Positions 61,673 to 64,000 of a stretch of 64,000 nucleotides of DNA are shown piece after piece. Both the position numbers and the translations under genes were made by a program. The notes under the pieces are model-generated. The model did not search any database and was not told where the DNA came from. It saw only the letters and a program-made list of their open reading frames with translations. The stretch spans positions 608,001-672,000 of the forward strand of contig OZ244048.1 in assembly GCA_965215265.1 (NCBI GenBank), given 5' to 3'. Source of the DNA: Candidatus Poribacteria bacterium (lineage in GTDB: Bacteria; Poribacteria; WGA-4E; WGA-3G). How positions within the stretch are numbered: position 1 is the first letter of the stretch; the number at the start of each line of letters is the position of its first letter.

Positions 61673-62263
61673 TTGAAACGATTGATTGTCGGCATTACAG
61701 GGGCGAGTGCTGTTATCTACGGTGTGCGTCTCCTTGAAATCCTCAGTGGCTACGAAGATATTGAGGTACATCTCACGATTTCTAGTTCTGGCGCGCGTGC
61801 CCTCCATGAAGAACTTGGGATTCAAGTAGATATTGATAATTTCCAGTTGGAATCGCTTCTGGGGATTTCTTCTCGCCGTATTTTTTACCACCATGAATTT
61901 GACATCGGTACCTCGATCGCCAGCGGCTCTTTCCACACAGAGGGAATGATTGTTGTACCGTGCAGTATGGGAACGGTTGCCTCTATTGCTGTGGGTATCT
62001 CGCGCAACCTCATCCACCGCGCCGCCGATGTCTGCATCAAGGAACACCGCAAACTGGTGATTGTCCCACGTGAGACACCGCTCAGCTCTATCCATCTTGA
62101 GAACATGCTCAAACTATCACGACTCGGGGTGTGTGTCCTTCCTGCAATGCCGGGATTCTATCACTTCCCAAAAACAGTGGATGACCAGATTGATTTCGTT
62201 ATAACAAAAATCTTGGATCAGTTTGGCATAGACGCAAAGTTGGTACAACGTTGGAAAGAGTGA
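61673..62263 (+). CDS. ubiX: Flavin prenyltransferase
   Basis: VGITGAS, IASGS, PCSMGT, RAADVCIKE, PRETP, PAMPGFY. Confidence 0.93.
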   Translation: MKRLIVGITGASAVIYGVRLLEILSGYEDIEVHLTISSSGARALHEELGIQVDIDNFQLESLLGISSRRIFYHHEFDIGTSIASGSFHTEGMIVVPCSMGTVASIAVGISRNLIHRAADVCIKEHRKLVIVPRETPLSSIHLENMLKLSRLGVCVLPAMPGFYHFPKTVDDQIDFVITKILDQFGIDAKLVQRWKE

Positions 62264-62326
62264 GTATCTAAAACGGCTGTTATGCAAGGTTTCTTAAATG
62301 CTCTATCTTTTGTGAATTGACAACAG

Positions 62327-63175
62327 ATGCGACAACTGAAAATTATCTTAGAGATGATTAAGTTTGAACATACCATCTTCGCACTGCCGTTCGCTGTGAT
62401 GAGTGCCTTTATCGCTGCCAATGGGCTGCCATCGCTGGATAAACTTGGGTGGATCCTTGTCGCGATGGTGGGTGCACGGAGCTGCGCGATGGCGTTCAAC
62501 CGTCTCGCTGATGCCGGATTCGATAGCCAAAATCCGCGCACAGCAATGCGTGCAATTCCAGCTGGCCTCATCACAAGGGGCGCGGTGTGGATTTTCATAT
62601 GCATCTCGGCATCACTGTTAGTTTTCGCATCGTGGCGACTTAACCGGCTTGCGTTTGCCCTTTCGCCAGTTGCCCTTGCCGTCATTATGGGGTATTCTTA
62701 TACTAAACGGTTCACTGCCCTCTCGCACCTCTGGCTCGGGCTCGCGCTTTCGATTTCTCCGGTCGGTGCTTGGATTGCGATTACTGGCAGTTTTGATTGG
62801 ACCCCTATTGTTCTGTGTCTGGTCGTCATGCTCTGGACAGCCGGGTTCGACATTATCTACGCGTGTCAGGATGTCAACTTTGACAGGCACCACGGACTCC
62901 ACTCTATTCCCGCAAGACTCGGGATCCGCAGGGCTTTGTGGCTCTCGTCCACGTTGCACGTTGTCGCAGTGCTCCTCCTCTTCGCAATACCCCTTCTCGT
63001 AGACCTGGGTGCCTTTTATTTCATCGGGGTTGCCATTGTGATGATCATTTTTATCTACGAGCACGCGATTGTTAAACCGGACGACCTGTCCCGTGTCAAT
63101 CTCGCCTTTTTTACGTTGAACGGCATGATTAGCCTCGTTTTGATGGTGCTTTCAATTGCCGATATTTTACTATAG
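62327..63175 (+). CDS. UbiA-family prenyltransferase (MqnP-like)
   Basis: IKFEHTIFALPF, AMAFNRLAD..D..NPRT, YSYTKRFT, GFDIIYACQD. Confidence 0.9.
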   Translation: MRQLKIILEMIKFEHTIFALPFAVMSAFIAANGLPSLDKLGWILVAMVGARSCAMAFNRLADAGFDSQNPRTAMRAIPAGLITRGAVWIFICISASLLVFASWRLNRLAFALSPVALAVIMGYSYTKRFTALSHLWLGLALSISPVGAWIAITGSFDWTPIVLCLVVMLWTAGFDIIYACQDVNFDRHHGLHSIPARLGIRRALWLSSTLHVVAVLLLFAIPLLVDLGAFYFIGVAIVMIIFIYEHAIVKPDDLSRVNLAFFTLNGMISLVLMVLSIADILL

Positions 63176-63215
63176 GTGTATGCAATGCACCTGATGAAGC
63201 ATCCAAGGAAAAAAT

Positions 63216-64000
63216 ATGAAACTGTCACTTTCCGTCCGTGTAGCAGAAACAGCATCTAAAAGGAGTGCAACGCATAACTTCGTCCAACTCACTACTCTCG
63301 CTGCCGATCTCGGGTACGAAGCTATCTGCATGCGCGCCTCACAAGTTGGCATCCAAACGCCGCTTGAGCAGATCACTGCTGCACGTCAACAAACACGTAC
63401 CTGCAATCTGGGTATCTCCATGGTCACTGGGGATTTTGACGTGCCGCTTAACAACGAACAGGGCCCCAACGGGCTCCGGAATATAACCCCGTATCTTGAT
63501 TTGACAGAGCTCTTGGGAGCAGACCTCATCCGGATCGCTATGAAGGTTGAGGCAGATATACCTTGGGCACAACGTGCCTCTGACGAGGCTGCAGAACGCG
63601 GCATTCGCCTCGCGCATCAGTCACACACTTTAAGCTTGTTTGAAACCGTGGAAGGCTCAATTGATGTACTTAAACGTGTCGGACGTGCGAATTTCGGGAT
63701 TATTTATGAACCTGCGAATCTTGACCTCTGTGGGCAAGATTACGGTTTTGAGACACTCAAGCAATTTTCACCGTATCTCTTCAACGTTTATCTTCAAAAC
63801 CACATCCGTCGTCCCGGCGGGAAAACGCGCCTTAATACCTGGATTCAGGGTGAAGTTCCCCATGATCCTATCCGTTTACAGGACCCAGGCGGAATCGATT
63901 TCCCGCTTGTTTTCCGTGGATTAGCTGCGACCGGTTACGACGGCTACGTCACCGTGCATCAAGCCTTTCGAGAAATCATGGAACCGGAAGACGCGGCGGT
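63216..64000 (+). CDS. Sugar-phosphate isomerase/epimerase (xylose isomerase-like TIM barrel), 3' truncated by window edge
   Basis: MKLSLSVRVAE..LGYEAICMRASQVG..LAHQSH..NFGIIYEPANL..GYDGYVTVHQ; frame stays open to the window end, so it is absent from the ORF track. Confidence 0.75.
   Translation, partial: MKLSLSVRVAETASKRSATHNFVQLTTLAADLGYEAICMRASQVGIQTPLEQITAARQQTRTCNLGISMVTGDFDVPLNNEQGPNGLRNITPYLDLTELLGADLIRIAMKVEADIPWAQRASDEAAERGIRLAHQSHTLSLFETVEGSIDVLKRVGRANFGIIYEPANLDLCGQDYGFETLKQFSPYLFNVYLQNHIRRPGGKTRLNTWIQGEVPHDPIRLQDPGGIDFPLVFRGLAATGYDGYVTVHQAFREIMEPEDAA

Noticed and set aside
1-64000. tRNA, rRNA, integrase or prophage genes
   Set aside because: None recognised in the sequence.

Overview
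Bacterial chromosomal window, probably Candidatus Poribacteria. This is inferred from the secreted LamG-type proteins sharing a C-terminal 'VxPxGKLxxTWxxIK' motif, the WD40-metallopeptidase and the DUF6785-type membrane proteins. Most of it is housekeeping or metabolic (coaD, recX, alaS, larB, trpB, trpA, mtnP, argS, ubiX, UbiA-like). The outstanding feature is a defence island at about 12.2-25.2 kb. It opens with a compact minus-strand RNA-guided nuclease locus, in transcription order: consensus sigma70 promoter, CRISPR array (28 repeats of 30 bp, 27 spacers of 35-39 nt), a tracrRNA-like RNA in which an anti-repeat is fused to an omegaRNA/HEARO scaffold, and a 602-aa IscB with intact PLMP, RuvC and HNH motifs plus a ~147-aa insertion at the REC position. 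No cas1, cas2 or tnpA is seen in the window. It looks like an IscB-to-Cas9 intermediate that may have co-opted a class 1-style array in reverse orientation. Next come an Rpn nuclease with an internal antitoxin-like start and a type III R-M system whose mod gene is frameshifted at a G9 tract. A single-chain type IIG/ISP-like R-M gene lies at 53-56 kb. All calls were made by eye from motifs; no database search was run.
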